This document shows positions 25,999 through 39,782 of a stretch of DNA of 64,000 bases, piece after piece. A program made the translations under genes and the position numbers. This DNA is from Perkinsus chesapeaki ATCC PRA-425 (taxonomy: Eukaryota; Protista; Perkinsozoa). The stretch is from assembly GCA_013115145.1 (NCBI GenBank), contig JAAPAO010000032.1, positions 1-64,000 on the forward strand. Reading direction: 5' to 3'. Numbering within the stretch: position 1 is the stretch's first letter; every line of letters starts with the position of its first letter. The notes beneath the pieces are model-generated. The model was not told where the DNA came from. It did no database searches and saw nothing but the letters and a program-made list of their open reading frames with translations.

Positions 25999-26334
25999 TA
26001 TATAATAATAAAGATACGATCCTTTAATAACACAATAATACTATTATAATAATAACTAGGAAAACTATCCAGTATCTAGAGATCCATGAGTAGATATTAT
26101 TACAATAATGAGGGTGATACTAGAAAACTCATGATCCAATAAGAATATAGTAAATATTACTAATCACTGGAACTGCAACGACACCAACATAAGGTGGAAT
26201 TCCTATGTCATTAGTAATAATACACATATGCTTAATGGAGAATTCTCAATAGATAACACCATTATTAGTAGTAATAGATAATAACTACTTATGATAATAA
26301 TACTATCATTATTAATTAATCATATGAATGTTGT

Positions 26335-26570
26335 TTATATTGGATTATCCCAAGACTTCCATACCTAATTACAACAATTAAGATTTTAGGTATATAGTTT
26401 ATATTTGATTATTATTACGAAATAACCAATCATACCAAGACCAAAGGCCTTTTGCATTAATACCATTACAGGTATCTAAATATGATATTAACAATAATAC
26501 TAAATATGATAATAGATATACTAACCAATATAGTCTGAGTTAATGCAGCAACACCTTGTAGCACAGTCAT
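26335..26570 (-). CDS. 43-aa three-exon membrane microprotein MTVLQGVAALTQTILIPVMVLMQKAFGLGMIGYFVWKSWDNPI
   Basis: Exons 26570-26526, 26475-26419 and 26364-26335, separated by phase-0 GT-AG introns of 50 and 54 nt that match local intron style. Confidence 0.65.
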
Positions 26571-26649
26571 TTATAATGTTAAGCCTTAAATACTTGAAAA
26601 TGTATATAACACAACATTCAATAAACAACAACAACTACACTTAATAATA

Positions 26650-29600
26650 TTATGATAATGCATGATAGCGTGTTGTTGTTGTTGTTGGTAGTGATGGTGA
26701 TGGTGGCGTTCTTCTAGTATTCAATGATTCTCGCTTTGATGTAGTACGCTCCTCCTAAATAGTATGAATAAAGATATCAAAGTATTAGTGAGATATCAAA
26801 GATATAATGATACATACCTTATTATTATACGACGAACGTGATGGTAATGGATACTTTATTGAAGGAGTAGTACGACGACGACGATAAGTAGAAGGTTTAG
26901 ATCGACTGAGGTTAATGATAATAATGTTTATTGTTATTATATTAATAGACTACCTATCTCCATTAGGTACTCTTATATTTATAGATGATCTAATAATAAT
27001 ATCAGACCAAGTTTCAGGTGGTGGTCGTGGTTGAATCATTGGTGATGATCTATTGGATGTTTCATGCAACATCATCATCTTCGGTGTTATATTTCCAATA
27101 TGGGTGGTTTTGTTTATATCTTCCATTATATATCTTAGTGATGTTGTTATAGTAGGTAAATGTGTTCTTGCTGCATCATTTGTTATTTCACCTAATACAG
27201 TACCATCATACATAACCTTTATTTTATTAGCTTTTCTAGCATAACGATATTGGAATAGTCCAGGACGTAGTACTATAGTACTAGGTTGTGATTTTGTTGT
27301 TGCTTTAGTATTATTATAATGTGCAATGGTAACATAATCCCAACCAAATACATTACCATCCATTAATCGTATAACTACTCTCATATCGGAAGATAGATAA
27401 GCCTGAGCTATTGGGGATGAATCTTTAGGAATATCAATTCTTAATGGTTCACATATATCATATTTATGAGATTGTATCATTTTTATAGCATCATCATTAT
27501 CATAGTGAGGTATACCAACACATGTTGTATAAACATTTGATATTGTACCCCAATAATAAGCTATACCATTCTTAGTAACTATAATAAACCTATTACAACC
27601 AACATCATAACTTAATGTATGTATTTCTCCAATATTATTGTTAGATGATAATATAACTTTAGGACCTCCACCACCACTAATATTAGTACTGAATATCTTA
27701 TCTATATTATACCTAGATCTTCTTGGTGTATTATGTATACCCCAAGCTGCTAGACAACCATCATGAGTAATACCTAGATTACCATTACATGTAGCATATA
27801 CTTTGTTAAAACGTAATGTAGTAAATATAGGTTTTGGTATGAACGTATCCTTTGTAAATTGTGTTGGTAATGATATACCATTCATTGAGCCCCATGCATA
27901 AATCCTACCACCACCACCACTACCATCATCATCGTCTTCATTTAATATGATATTACATAAGCTATGATAAGGCCCAGCTGATATACTAGTTATATGATGA
28001 CCAACTCCTGATCCTTCTGGTAATAATATTTGTTGTGGTGTAGTAATAAGTATATTATCTTTAGATAAACCACATTGTCCATGAGTATTTGACCCAAAAG
28101 CTAGTATAGCATTTATACTATTACTACTCTTACTACCAGCATATTGTACTAATATTAATGTATGTTCAATACCACATGATATACTATCAACAGCTATAGC
28201 TTGATTAAGGCTATGCTTTATTGTAGGTAAAGGTATAATTGTAGGTTTATGATTAGAATTATGATATAGATTATGAGTGAATCCAATACCCCAAAGTACT
28301 AAACATAATGACCTTTGAATATCTTGTATACCTATAAAAGCTGAACCATCTTTAAACTGATCAATATCTAATAATGGGCCATTATACTGCCAAACATCCA
28401 TAAATCCACGTATAAGAGTATGAGGTAGTAAAGCGTTGTTGTTGTTATTATTGCCAGTTGATATTTCTCCTTTTATATGAACTTCTTCTGGAGGTTGTAA
28501 TAATGATAATCCTCTATAAAATGATGTAGTATAATACTGTTTATACAGTAAAGTAAGCCACATATTATAATTCATTTTATTATTTATTATCGTATTTTTA
28601 TTATATTTTAATGCAGACTGTATGACCCTAGCTTTACTTATAGCAATAATAACCCTAATAACATATCCACGCCATAACGATTGTATTTTAGTAGCAGCTA
28701 CTTCCCGTATCTTAATTTTTCTGGGTCTAAGTATACCTCTAATTCTTGCCTGTATAATAATAGCTGCATTATTATATTTTATCATTGTATTTCTAGCTAG
28801 ATATGCTTCTATCACAGAATCTAGTAATATTCTTGCCTCTTTAATTTTAATCATTTTAATAGCTCTATCTCTTGCATTATGTATCCTTTTTATAACTTCA
28901 GGATTACTCCTGCGTGTGGTATAAGACTTCCATACACTTTGTATTAATAATGCAGCATCATTTCTCATTAAATAATGCCTTCTCATTGGCCATACTAACA
29001 TACGCCATATCCAATTTTTACCATAAGATCTTCTAGTATATGCCTTCCTCATAGCACCTTGTATATGCCTGGCCGCTATATCTCGTATTTTTGATTCTTT
29101 TCTACATTCGAATTTAACTCTTGATATTATTGATCGACCATAACATTGTAATACAGACGATGCATTCATTATTTCTAAGTTTTTACGTCTTCTCTCATAG
29201 GATAACATACCAAGAAGGTTTCTAGATGCAGTTTGAAGCTGCATTGCTGCACCACGTGCTGATAAAAACATATATACCTTCCGTTCTAGAAGAGCTACTG
29301 TTATTAAACCACGACGATATTGTGTCCTTTGCATCTCAGTACGACGTATTAGATATGATCTTAACATTGATTGTATAGTAACCAGTTTATTAGCTCTCAT
29401 ATTATAATTATCTATAGCATGTTTTTCACTAAGACTCCTTCTTATATTATATGCAATGGGATCCATAATATCAGATAATATCCAATTACGTGCCTTCTCC
29501 AATTCAATATGAACTTCTTTTGTTGCTAATATCATACTTTTACCAACAATAACCCCTTGCTTATGTGATGACCAAGCAATGAATGTTTTAAGGAAATGTA

Positions 29601-32600
29601 CACATTCTTCTTGTAATGATACATTATCAGTTGTTGTTGTTGTTATTGTTATTGTGGGCACGACTATATCTTCAGTACTCTTAGTATTATTAAGAAATGT
29701 GATAGGCTGATATCTATCGAGGAATTGTCTAAATGGTAAACGAAAACAATAACCACAATTAGACATCTTAATAGCATGAAAGACTGATAGACTATGTAAC
29801 TGTCTCATAACATATCTGCTATTGTATAATCTTGCTTTTTTATATGTATTAGGTTTAACACATCGAACAAAGAATGCTTCAGTAGGCTCTAATGTTGCCA
29901 TCAATGAGTCCATTGAATGTACAAACTTTTGAGCTATATATGATCGTCTAGTATTATTATTGATATTATTATTATCTCCTGGTATTGCTGGTATAGATAT
30001 ATCACTTGTACTGTATCCAACTACAGATGATGATGCTGCTGCTGCTGCTTCTCGTAATACCCCATTACGAGTACTTGATATAAGATTGTATAAATCATCA
30101 CTTAAACGATCCATATTCTTATCTCTAAACCCTTTTATATTATATGTAACACTTCCAGCAGTATGATGTATTATAAATATATCATTAGGATTCTGTCTTA
30201 GCAACAACCTATTCCCTTTATTTAATGATGATGCTGTTGTTGTAGTTGTTATTGTTGTATTCATGTTGTTGCTCTGTTGTTGTTGTTGATATGTCATACC
30301 ATCAGTAAAGAGATTATTAGGATATCCAGCTCTGAGCATCGCATTCATTATAGAATCATCAGTCCCGGTCTAATTTATAACAATAATTTATAATAATAAT
30401 TAATAGTTATTATTACCTGTAATAAACAAGCACTTTCAATATGGCTAATACAACCATAACTAGGTCCTTGTAAAACCTTTAATAAAGGTTCTACAGGTGC
30501 ATACTCAACAACTTCTGAAGCTAAAGTATCTCCTGATAAACCCTCCGCAAGGTAAACCTGTTAATAATAAACAACAACTATTACAGTAATATATTATTAT
30601 TACAATACTTTTTCTTTACCTTTTTCTCTAGCTCAAATACTCTTTGTGTGAAGCATAATTGTAATCTTTCATTTGCAACATTAACAAGAAATTGTTCAAG
30701 TGAGTTACGATGTTCAAAAGATTCAAATCCAAAGATATCGAGTACACCAATCCATCTAATAATAATAACATTATTATTATAGTAACCTGGTTTTAGTACT
30801 ACCTTAGTGGTGAAGTATTGTTATTATCTTTCATTGGCGATAAACTAGTATTTATTTTCCGTATTATCCATTGAAATATAATAGAATAACAATAACGGCT
30901 TATACTAGCAACATTATCACTACATTGTTGAGGCGATACTGGTGATAATACAACCTATAAAAACAATTATAACGTTATATAATACAATGAAAACTATTTA
31001 AACTAGTAGTAGTAGTATTATTACATTATTGCCAGGTAGCCTACGAGTTTGTACTGTTATAGCTTTTAATAAATGATCAGGTGGTAGACCAAATAGTTTA
31101 GATAATAATATAAACCTACTCTCCTCAGAAGGCATACATGGTAGTATTGGATGATTATTATTATCTATTATTATTATCGATATATTATCGATTAGACATA
31201 CTTATTCTATCTCACCTTTATTAATATCTGATATATTACCACCACCACCATTATTATTTTTATTATAACCTATTCTATCTTCGTCCTTTGAATCTATCCA
31301 TTCTATTTCACCACCATGTAATATACCACCCAATACACGACATATGTCAAAACCTAGTAATAATATAATAATCGGTATATCTTCGATGACATGTTATCAA
31401 TAATAATATATTACAGTAGGCTGTCAACCTATCCTATAATACTATATACACTAGTTTATATTAATATAGGCTGTCAACCTATCCTATAATNNNNNNNNNN
31501 NNNNNNNNNNNNNNNNNNNNNNNNNNNNNNNNNNNNNNNNNNNNNNNNNNNNNNNNNNNNNNNNNNNNNNNNNNNNNNNNNNNNNNNATATACACTAGTT
31601 TATATTAATATAGGCTGTCAACCTATCCTATAATACTATATACACTAGTTTATATTAATATAACAAATGTTCAAATATCCTATACCATTGTATTATTAAT
31701 ATTACGTTGTCTATTATCAATACCAAGGGCTATCATTGCATTCATTGTATTTTGATATTCCATGGCATCATCAACTCCTGTTATTGTTGATAATGTATTA
31801 TTCAATACCCTAATAATAATAATATGTAAGTATAATAGTAATATATACTAATACTACTTATAAGTCTCTGTATGTGGATTAAGATCTAAACCATCAATAC
31901 CAAGTAGTTCTGGGCTACCACCACGTAACAACTGGTAGAATATATGATAATTCCTCTCACCTATTATTTATTCAATACTACTACAATTGTACTACTACTA
32001 CTACAATATTATTATTATTACCATTCTCATGTAAACATATCCTACTCTTCTCTAATAGAAATGATGACACTTCACCTCCAGCTACTACTGGATTATGTAG
32101 GAGTATACTACTACTACTACCATTGTTAACACCAGCAGCAGCAGCAGCAGTAGATGGTAGTGGTGGTGTGGATAAATATAATTTAACTAGTTTACCTTAT
32201 ATAACAATGAATATAATAAAGTAATGTATTATTATTACCAAATCTACTAGAGTTATCATTCCTTGATGTTTTAGCATTACCAAAAGCCTCTAATATTGGA
32301 TTAAATGCCATTAATGCATCATTTAATGATGATGATGATGTTGAGGTGGTGGTGTTGTTATTATTATTCAACTTTGGTGTAGCATCAATATTAGATTCCG
32401 TAAAGAACTTTATTAAATGTTTACAAGTCTATGATTGGTATTATAAATAATGTTATTATTATTACTACCTCAGTTTTACCAGCACCGCTCTCTCCACTTA
32501 TTAATATTGATACATTACCACCACCTTTACCACCATCATCATCTACTACTACATTATCATTTAATCCAGTTAATGATTGATCATCATATACTGATGAGCT

Positions 32601-33579
32601 ACCTCTACCACCTATATATTATAAATGATAAATTAATAATATTATTATTATTACTGAACATTCCATCATCATTAATATCATCTCGTGATATTATACCACC
32701 ATTAACATAGTAAGCAGTTAAAGCTTGTGCGGCTATACGAAATATATGTGGTGGGCTCTATTAGTAGTATAATGGTGGTGCTATTATTATAATTATATTT
32801 AATATTCTTACTTGTTCTATTTGTCCTTCATCTGGTACCATATCTCTGTAATATGATGCAATAGGAGATGTTGTATTATTAAGATCACGAAATGGATTAA
32901 CTAATATAAGCATAGGTCGTGCTGATGTGTAACTATTAATTATATAACTTATTCATAATTATTATTATTGCTACATTATATCATTCAAATATCTCCTTTT
33001 GATAATATCATTAACAATAGGTTCATTAACAATAGCCATTTGTGATACATCCTTTATAGTATCAACTTCAATATTACCACCATTACTTTCATATATTCTA
33101 ATAATAAAAATAATAATACCAACATATACCAACTTACTCTGATATATTAACTATACGTTCCCTTCCTATCGATGAGGAGGTGGAGGTGGTGGTGGATTTA
33201 GTACGTATTTTAATATCCCCATTAAATGGTTTTGGTATACTAACAATCTAAACGACAATATATACGACCAATTTGATAATAACTTTATTACTTTAGCCAT
33301 CTCAAACATTCCATCATCATCTTTAGGTATCCATATATCATCTCCAACTTTATAATCCTCCTCTTCTACATTACTGATTCCTTCACGTTGATGATGATGT
33401 CGGCGGCCTTGTTGCCATAATGACTGCCTTTTCCTCAAGCGATCCTCATTAGTATCTACTAGTAAGGGTATGTAGTTATAATAATATACTATTATAATAC
33501 TACTTGATAGTTCTGATGGTGATGATGATGATGATGTTAAGGGTGGTGGTGGTGTTAGTGTTGTTGTTTCTATAGTCAT
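26650..33579 (-). CDS. Myosin with N-terminal SH3-like domain, motor, multiple IQ motifs and RCC1/ATS1-like tail (MyoH-like)
   Basis: [80 protein letters not shown]. At least 7 IQ-like motifs. RCC1-like [27 protein letters not shown]. Confidence 0.92.
31417..31660. repeat. 50-bp tandem repeat in a myosin intron spanning a 97-N gap
   Basis: Unit TAGGCTGTCAACCTATCCTATAATACTATATACACTAGTTTATATTAATA recurs on both sides of N 31491-31587. Confidence 0.9.
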
Positions 33580-33791
33580 AAAGCTACTACTATCAAAAAT
33601 GGTATATTATATATAATGATACGACCGCCGCCGCCACCACCATCATAACACAACTTATCAATAATTACCTTATTACTAATTATGTATACAACATATAATA
33701 TAGCTACTACTACTACTACTGTTATCAACAATATCACTTACTAATACAAGTGAATATAGATGGGTAGGTAAAATACAGCAATAATACTGTA

Positions 33792-33822
<31 letters not shown>

Positions 33823-33902
33823 TATAGTATTATTATTATTACCATAAACTTTGCAAGGGATAATAATAATAACTATAACTAATACTAACTACTTATTCAT
33901 TA

Positions 33903-34671
33903 TTAATGATTATTATTATTATTATTTCTCCTTCTTTTCTTTGTTCTACTTCTTTGTTTACTTCTAACTATCCATTCCATTCTCCATTGTCCTTCAATAT
34001 AATCACCATCACCATCATCTACCACTTTTATATCAAGCTTTTGTACTTTCCTAAAACCATTCTTTTTATAGAATTTAATAGCACCAGGCAAACTTGAACA
34101 AACAAGTCTATCAACCGGACATTTTGGTGACTTAGCCATATCCTTTAAGATGCGAATCTGATGATAATAATATTATAATATTAAACAACACCACTTCATT
34201 AGTATTATTACCGCTGCCCCACCAACCCCCATTCCCCTATATTCTTCTACGACTGCCATTTGACCAATATGAAGCTCCCTTTTACTACCATCAATACGAT
34301 ATACCATAAAACCAGCTAACATACTTCCACTTTCATTCATATCCTTATCACCCTTTTTTATATTATTTAATCCCAATTTAATCGATGGTATTATCATAGC
34401 TATAGATAGACGCCAAGCATTATGTCGCATTATCTACCACAACTTATATAATATCACTAACTCATATTATTATTACTACCTTATCTTGCATAACATTATC
34501 ACCTTTAAATTCAATATCACAAAGTACTCCTATATCATTAATAATATTCTTCATATATTCATCATTATTATTATGTATACATGTAACTTTAACGTTATGT
34601 GACCATTCAATATTATCTTTGATAGTAGTAGTTGTAGTAGTTGTAGTAGTGGCCGCCGCCGCAGCTGTCAT
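33903..34671 (-). CDS. GNAT family N-acetyltransferase (multi-exon)
   Basis: LHIGQMAVVEEYRGMGVGGAA (acetyl-CoA motif A) and AIKFYKKNGF (motif B). Confidence 0.85.
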
Positions 34672-34881
34672 AGGGAAGGGGGATGGGGTAGCAGCGATAC
34701 GCTTATTAATATTAATAATACAGTAATGATATATAACAATATAATAATATTATTAGGATAGAAACTATATTATTAATAGGACACACACAATAATAATGAT
34801 GATAATGCTACTTATTCTTATTATTATTGAATATAATGATTCTTGTTATTATGATAATAATAATAGCTGTTGTTGTTGTTT

Positions 34882-36319
34882 TTATACAAAGTAAGGAACT
34901 ATATCACGTAAAGGACTTCCTGCTCCTGACATTGGAACTTCTTTAAATAATTTAGCTTGTCTACCACCATTTGGATATAATGTAAATACACTAGCAACAT
35001 TACCACATCTATAGCAATAATTAGGTGCACTCCAAACATTAACTAACATATTACGTGAACCTATTCTAAGTGTATTTGAGGAAGGTAATGTGGAATTAAG
35101 TAATGGATTTACTGGTACTGGTGGTATAACATTAGATGGTCTTGGTCCAGGTGATACTACTTTAGGATCTTCTGATGCTGGAAACATAAATTTATATCCT
35201 TCTTGTACCTGTTAATATACTTACTACTACTAATGATAATAATAATATTATTACAAGTTGATGTGCTCTAGCAACCATTCTTAAACCATTTTGATGTAAG
35301 AATTGTCTAGTAGGTTCAGCACCAAATACTAAACCAGCCCCACGTGGATTTAATTCCCAACCTTTAACACTTGCATCTGGATCAGACCATACCTATTTAC
35401 AATTTATATTAAATATAACTACTACTAGTACTACTACTACCAGATCTGCTAATGGCCCTTGAGGGGGGACCTCCTGTACACGTTGTAATAATCTAATCTG
35501 ATCAATATCACCTAAATCTGGTGATAAACCACCATGTACCTAAATATAACAACAAGAATATAATTAATTATATTATCATATTACCTTTTATTACAGCAAA
35601 AACATCAAAGGCAATAGCTGCTAATGGTAAATTATCAAATAAATCCATAGCTACACGCCATACTGTAGCATTACCAAATTTACGAATACATTCATCATAA
35701 AACCCATACACCTGCAACAAGAATAATGATAATAATAATAATAGTGTTGTTGTTGTTACTTGTGTTATTTGTCTTGTCTCATGATTACCACGTAATAATG
35801 TTATCCTATTCGGATATCGATATTTTAATAATAATAAAAGCTCTAAAGTCTCAACTGAATTATAACCTCTATCAACATAATCTCCCAAAAATAAATATCT
35901 AAGTAATAAGGTAATCGTATTAATGATATTAATATTATTAATAATACTACCTTAATGTTGTATCTTTTCGTGGATCACCACCAACTTTAAATAATTCTAA
36001 TACATCATAGAATTGTCCATGTACATCACCAGCTATGACAACAGGACCATCATTATTAATATTAACAACTGTATTCTCTTTAACTAATATACTTTTAACA
36101 AGTCTACATAAATGTATATAGTCCTAATAATAATAACAACAATAAAGTAGTAGTAGTATAGTAGTATTATTATATTATTACATTTTGTGGCATAACCAAA
36201 CTTCTCTGTTGTGAATTTGCATTCTTATCATGTCGTATTGTTGTTGTTGTTGATGCTGACATTAACTTTTGTAGCCATTCATCAGCTTTACTTTCATTAA
36301 AATCACCATAATCAGTCAT
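34882..36319 (-). CDS. PP2A-family (PP4/PP6-like) Ser/Thr phosphatase catalytic subunit
   Basis: [58 protein letters not shown]; ends PYFV*. Confidence 0.95.
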
Positions 36320-36426
36320 CGTAATTAAGTAACACTATCAATATAAATAAGCACTATCAACAACAACAGCAACAACAACAACAATTGGAATAATTGATAT
36401 TATCAGAAACGTTACGTTCATCATCA

Positions 36427-36490
36427 TCATTGTTTGAGTAGTTCCATTAATAGCCATTGTTTGAACACCCCACCCTCCTCAAATTTAAAC

Positions 36491-36535
<45 letters not shown>

Positions 36536-37641
36536 CTAGCGGTGGTATTATTATTATTGTCTAACTTTAATAACCATCTATCTTGTATACCATTAACATG
36601 ATTTTCACCAACTACTGCTGCTACTCTTTTATTATTAGATGCTAATCTCCATAATGATCTAAACATATATTCATCTCTCATATTAATAACTACTTCTTGT
36701 AAACGTTTATCAATATTATATTTATCACATAATCTGATATAACCCCCTGGATCTAATGCAGTATCACGTATATATGTAACCCTCTCTTTTGGTGGATATT
36801 TATTAATTATAGCATTCCTTATATCATCTATACTACAACTACTCTTACAACTACCATTCACCATCATACCTCTTATCATCCTCATTATTGGTAATGGGAC
36901 TCTCCACTTTATTAACCATTTATCAAGTAAAGGTATTTCCCCCCCACTATTACCGTATATTATCCTCCATACCAATATTCTCTCAGCTAATGGTGATAAT
37001 ACCTTCCTTAATAGTATATAATAAGTAATATTAAATATACCATATAATGATATGTCACGAAAGACCTCTTTAGCAGCTTCACCAGGTGATACATCTAATG
37101 CATGTAAAGTAATTAATGATGATTTACATGTATGACTAAATTGCCATAATGCTTTAATATCTTTACTATTAACAAATCTCATTCTATTAATACGACCATG
37201 ACATAGTTCTAAACCCAATGCTAATGATGATGACGAGGATGATGATGCTTTAGGATGATGATGATTATCTTCTTCTATTTTATATAATGCATTAGCTGCA
37301 GCTGATGAATCATGTCGTGATCCCAGTAAATATACCGTGCTTGTTGGGTGGGGTAATTGTTTAACACCTTCAGGTAAAATACCAGCAGCAGTACCAGTAC
37401 CAGTAGCAGTAGCAATACCAGCAGCAGTACCAGTAGCAATACCAGCAGCAGTACCAGTAGCAATACCAGCAGCAGTACCAGTAGCAATAGCAGCAGTACC
37501 AGTAGCAATACCAGTAGCAATACCAGCAGCAGTACCAGTACCAGTAGCAATAGCAGCAGCAGCAGCAGTTGTGGATAAGGGAGAGAAACCTCTAGTAGTT
37601 ATTATATTATGACAACAACAACATGATCGATAATATAGCAT
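36427..37641 (-). CDS. TraB/PrgY/GumN-family protein with Ala/Gly/Thr repeat near the N-terminus (single exon)
   Basis: VYLLGSRH, LGLELC..R, RDEYM...L, AVVGENHVNGI; repeated AAGIATGT at about 37380-37560. Confidence 0.7.
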
Positions 37642-37709
37642 TTAATAAACAACAGTCTACATAACCTACTACATTATAACTACCCTTATAACTAAAATAC
37701 CGTATTAAA

Positions 37710-39622
37710 TTAGGAATCGATGATGGTGATAGTCTGCAATAACGTTTGGTAAATATGAGAATCTTGACCATGAGAAACTGATATTATATCTTTGCATTCT
37801 TTATATGTTGATTTAGCTTTATTAATATAACCTTTACGATTGTAAAGATCAGCTAATGTGAATAGTTGTAATCCAATTAAAGGATGATAATGTGGTAGAT
37901 ATCTATTGTATCTAATATTGATATATAAGTAAAATAATAAGGTGTAATATTATTACATATTAATAACACGTTCTATATATTTAATGGCTTTATCAAAGTC
38001 ACCAATAGCTAATGCTGTCATTGCGAAATGGCTACTTGCTGACATTATTTGTATCTAATTATTATTATTACTATCAATGATTATTAATAATACATTATTA
38101 TCATGACCCTACATGATAACTACTAAGTTCCTTTTCCATTGGTTCCATTATAACCTTTTCTAACTTTATTAAGTCCTCTATTGTATTACAATCCATCAGC
38201 TCCCCACCACTATAAAGCCTTTCCCATGCTCTCTTCAATGCTGAAGATGCTTCTTGTCGGAATACCTTACCAAATGGACCTAATAAGAACAATTAGACTT
38301 AATAATATAAATTAATATACCAATATTACAAATATCATTTGTACCACATAGATCAGGATCTGTTAATATTATTCTAAGCCCAGTATAATCTTGTACCATA
38401 CACCAATCCTCCGACCCTAATAACAATATATCATACAGTGTGACAGTACTATCATTACTACTACTACCAACATGAACATTTTCATTATTATCACATCGAA
38501 TACAATGACATATAAATTCATAATCCCTTTTAAGAATATCCTTCCTTTTCCATGATGGTAATGTTAGTTCAACATAGCTATGACATATCTCCTATATATT
38601 CTATATTATCAAATAATAAACCATTTAATTACTTATTACATCACCCTCATTAATATCACGTATTGCACGAAAACATAATCGATGTTCATAACAACAACAA
38701 CAACAACAACCATCTGTAAATGATGGTATAACATTTGGTTGACCTAATAATAATAACAACGATGATGATGTTGATGTATTACAACTATGATTGAATAATG
38801 CTGGATTAGGATAAACACCAGCTCCAACTGTATTCCATAAATCATCAACAATAGCAAAGTTGTTACATGGATATCTTACCAATAGACCCAACATAGTATC
38901 AAATGATGGTATTTTAGATATACCACCAGATGATGATGATAATGAGGAGGAGGAGGAGAACGAAGTTAGTATAGATAGGAATTGTGCAACAGTAAGAGCT
39001 ATTGCTTGTGATGGTTTAGATAATACACCTAATAATAATATAAATTATATAATAATACAAGTACTACTATTTACACATTGACATTGCTTTATTATATTTA
39101 TTATTATCTGATGCTACTCTCCATGCTAGAAAACAATCTGATAGCAACATGAATATATCAATATATATTATTAATAACTTACCACTTAGTTGTTGAGCTG
39201 TCATACCAGCATCTAATAATGTAGTTATAACACTACATTCCCTTTTATGTCCAGCTTTCCAATCAATTGCCTATTTATAATATTATAAGACTTCTACTAC
39301 TATTTAACTTACTTGACACTTTGATGAACAATAACGTACTATTTTACATTTAGAACATGTTTTTAATGTATTGTTATTATATGCTGTTTTATAACATCCT
39401 CCACAATGTGTATCATATAACCATGGATGAAGTATACTGGCTATCGGTATATCACTATATACAATCTATATAATAAACAATTACCAACAACAAGTACATC
39501 ATATATAACAACATTACTATTACCTCTCCTGGATGAAATGATCGTTTGGCATACATAGCCCTTCCTTTATTATCAGTCATTCTCATATAACAATCATTAT
39601 TATTAACCATTATATTACTCAT
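37710..39622 (-). CDS. SMYD-type SET and MYND domain methyltransferase (multi-exon)
   Basis: KGRAMYAKRSFHPGE, MYND cysteines (CGGCYK...YCSSKCQ..DW..GHK..C), ALFNHSC, RAIRDINEGDEI..SY, FICHCIRC, C-terminal VSHG. Confidence 0.9.
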
Positions 39623-39782
39623 AATCTATAACTATTATGAATTAGTATTCAACACAATAATAATGTTAATGAATCTTTGATACATTAATAATGCTGCTGC
39701 TCTTAGAAACCCTTAATGAATGTTCTTCTTCTTCTTGTCGATGATGGTGGTGGTAGATATATTAGTAATAAAGCTATTATCC

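Noticed and set aside
37275-37612. Poly-L/V and PAAVPVAI ORFs
   Set aside because: Alternative-frame and antisense shadows of the TraB Ala/Thr repeat.
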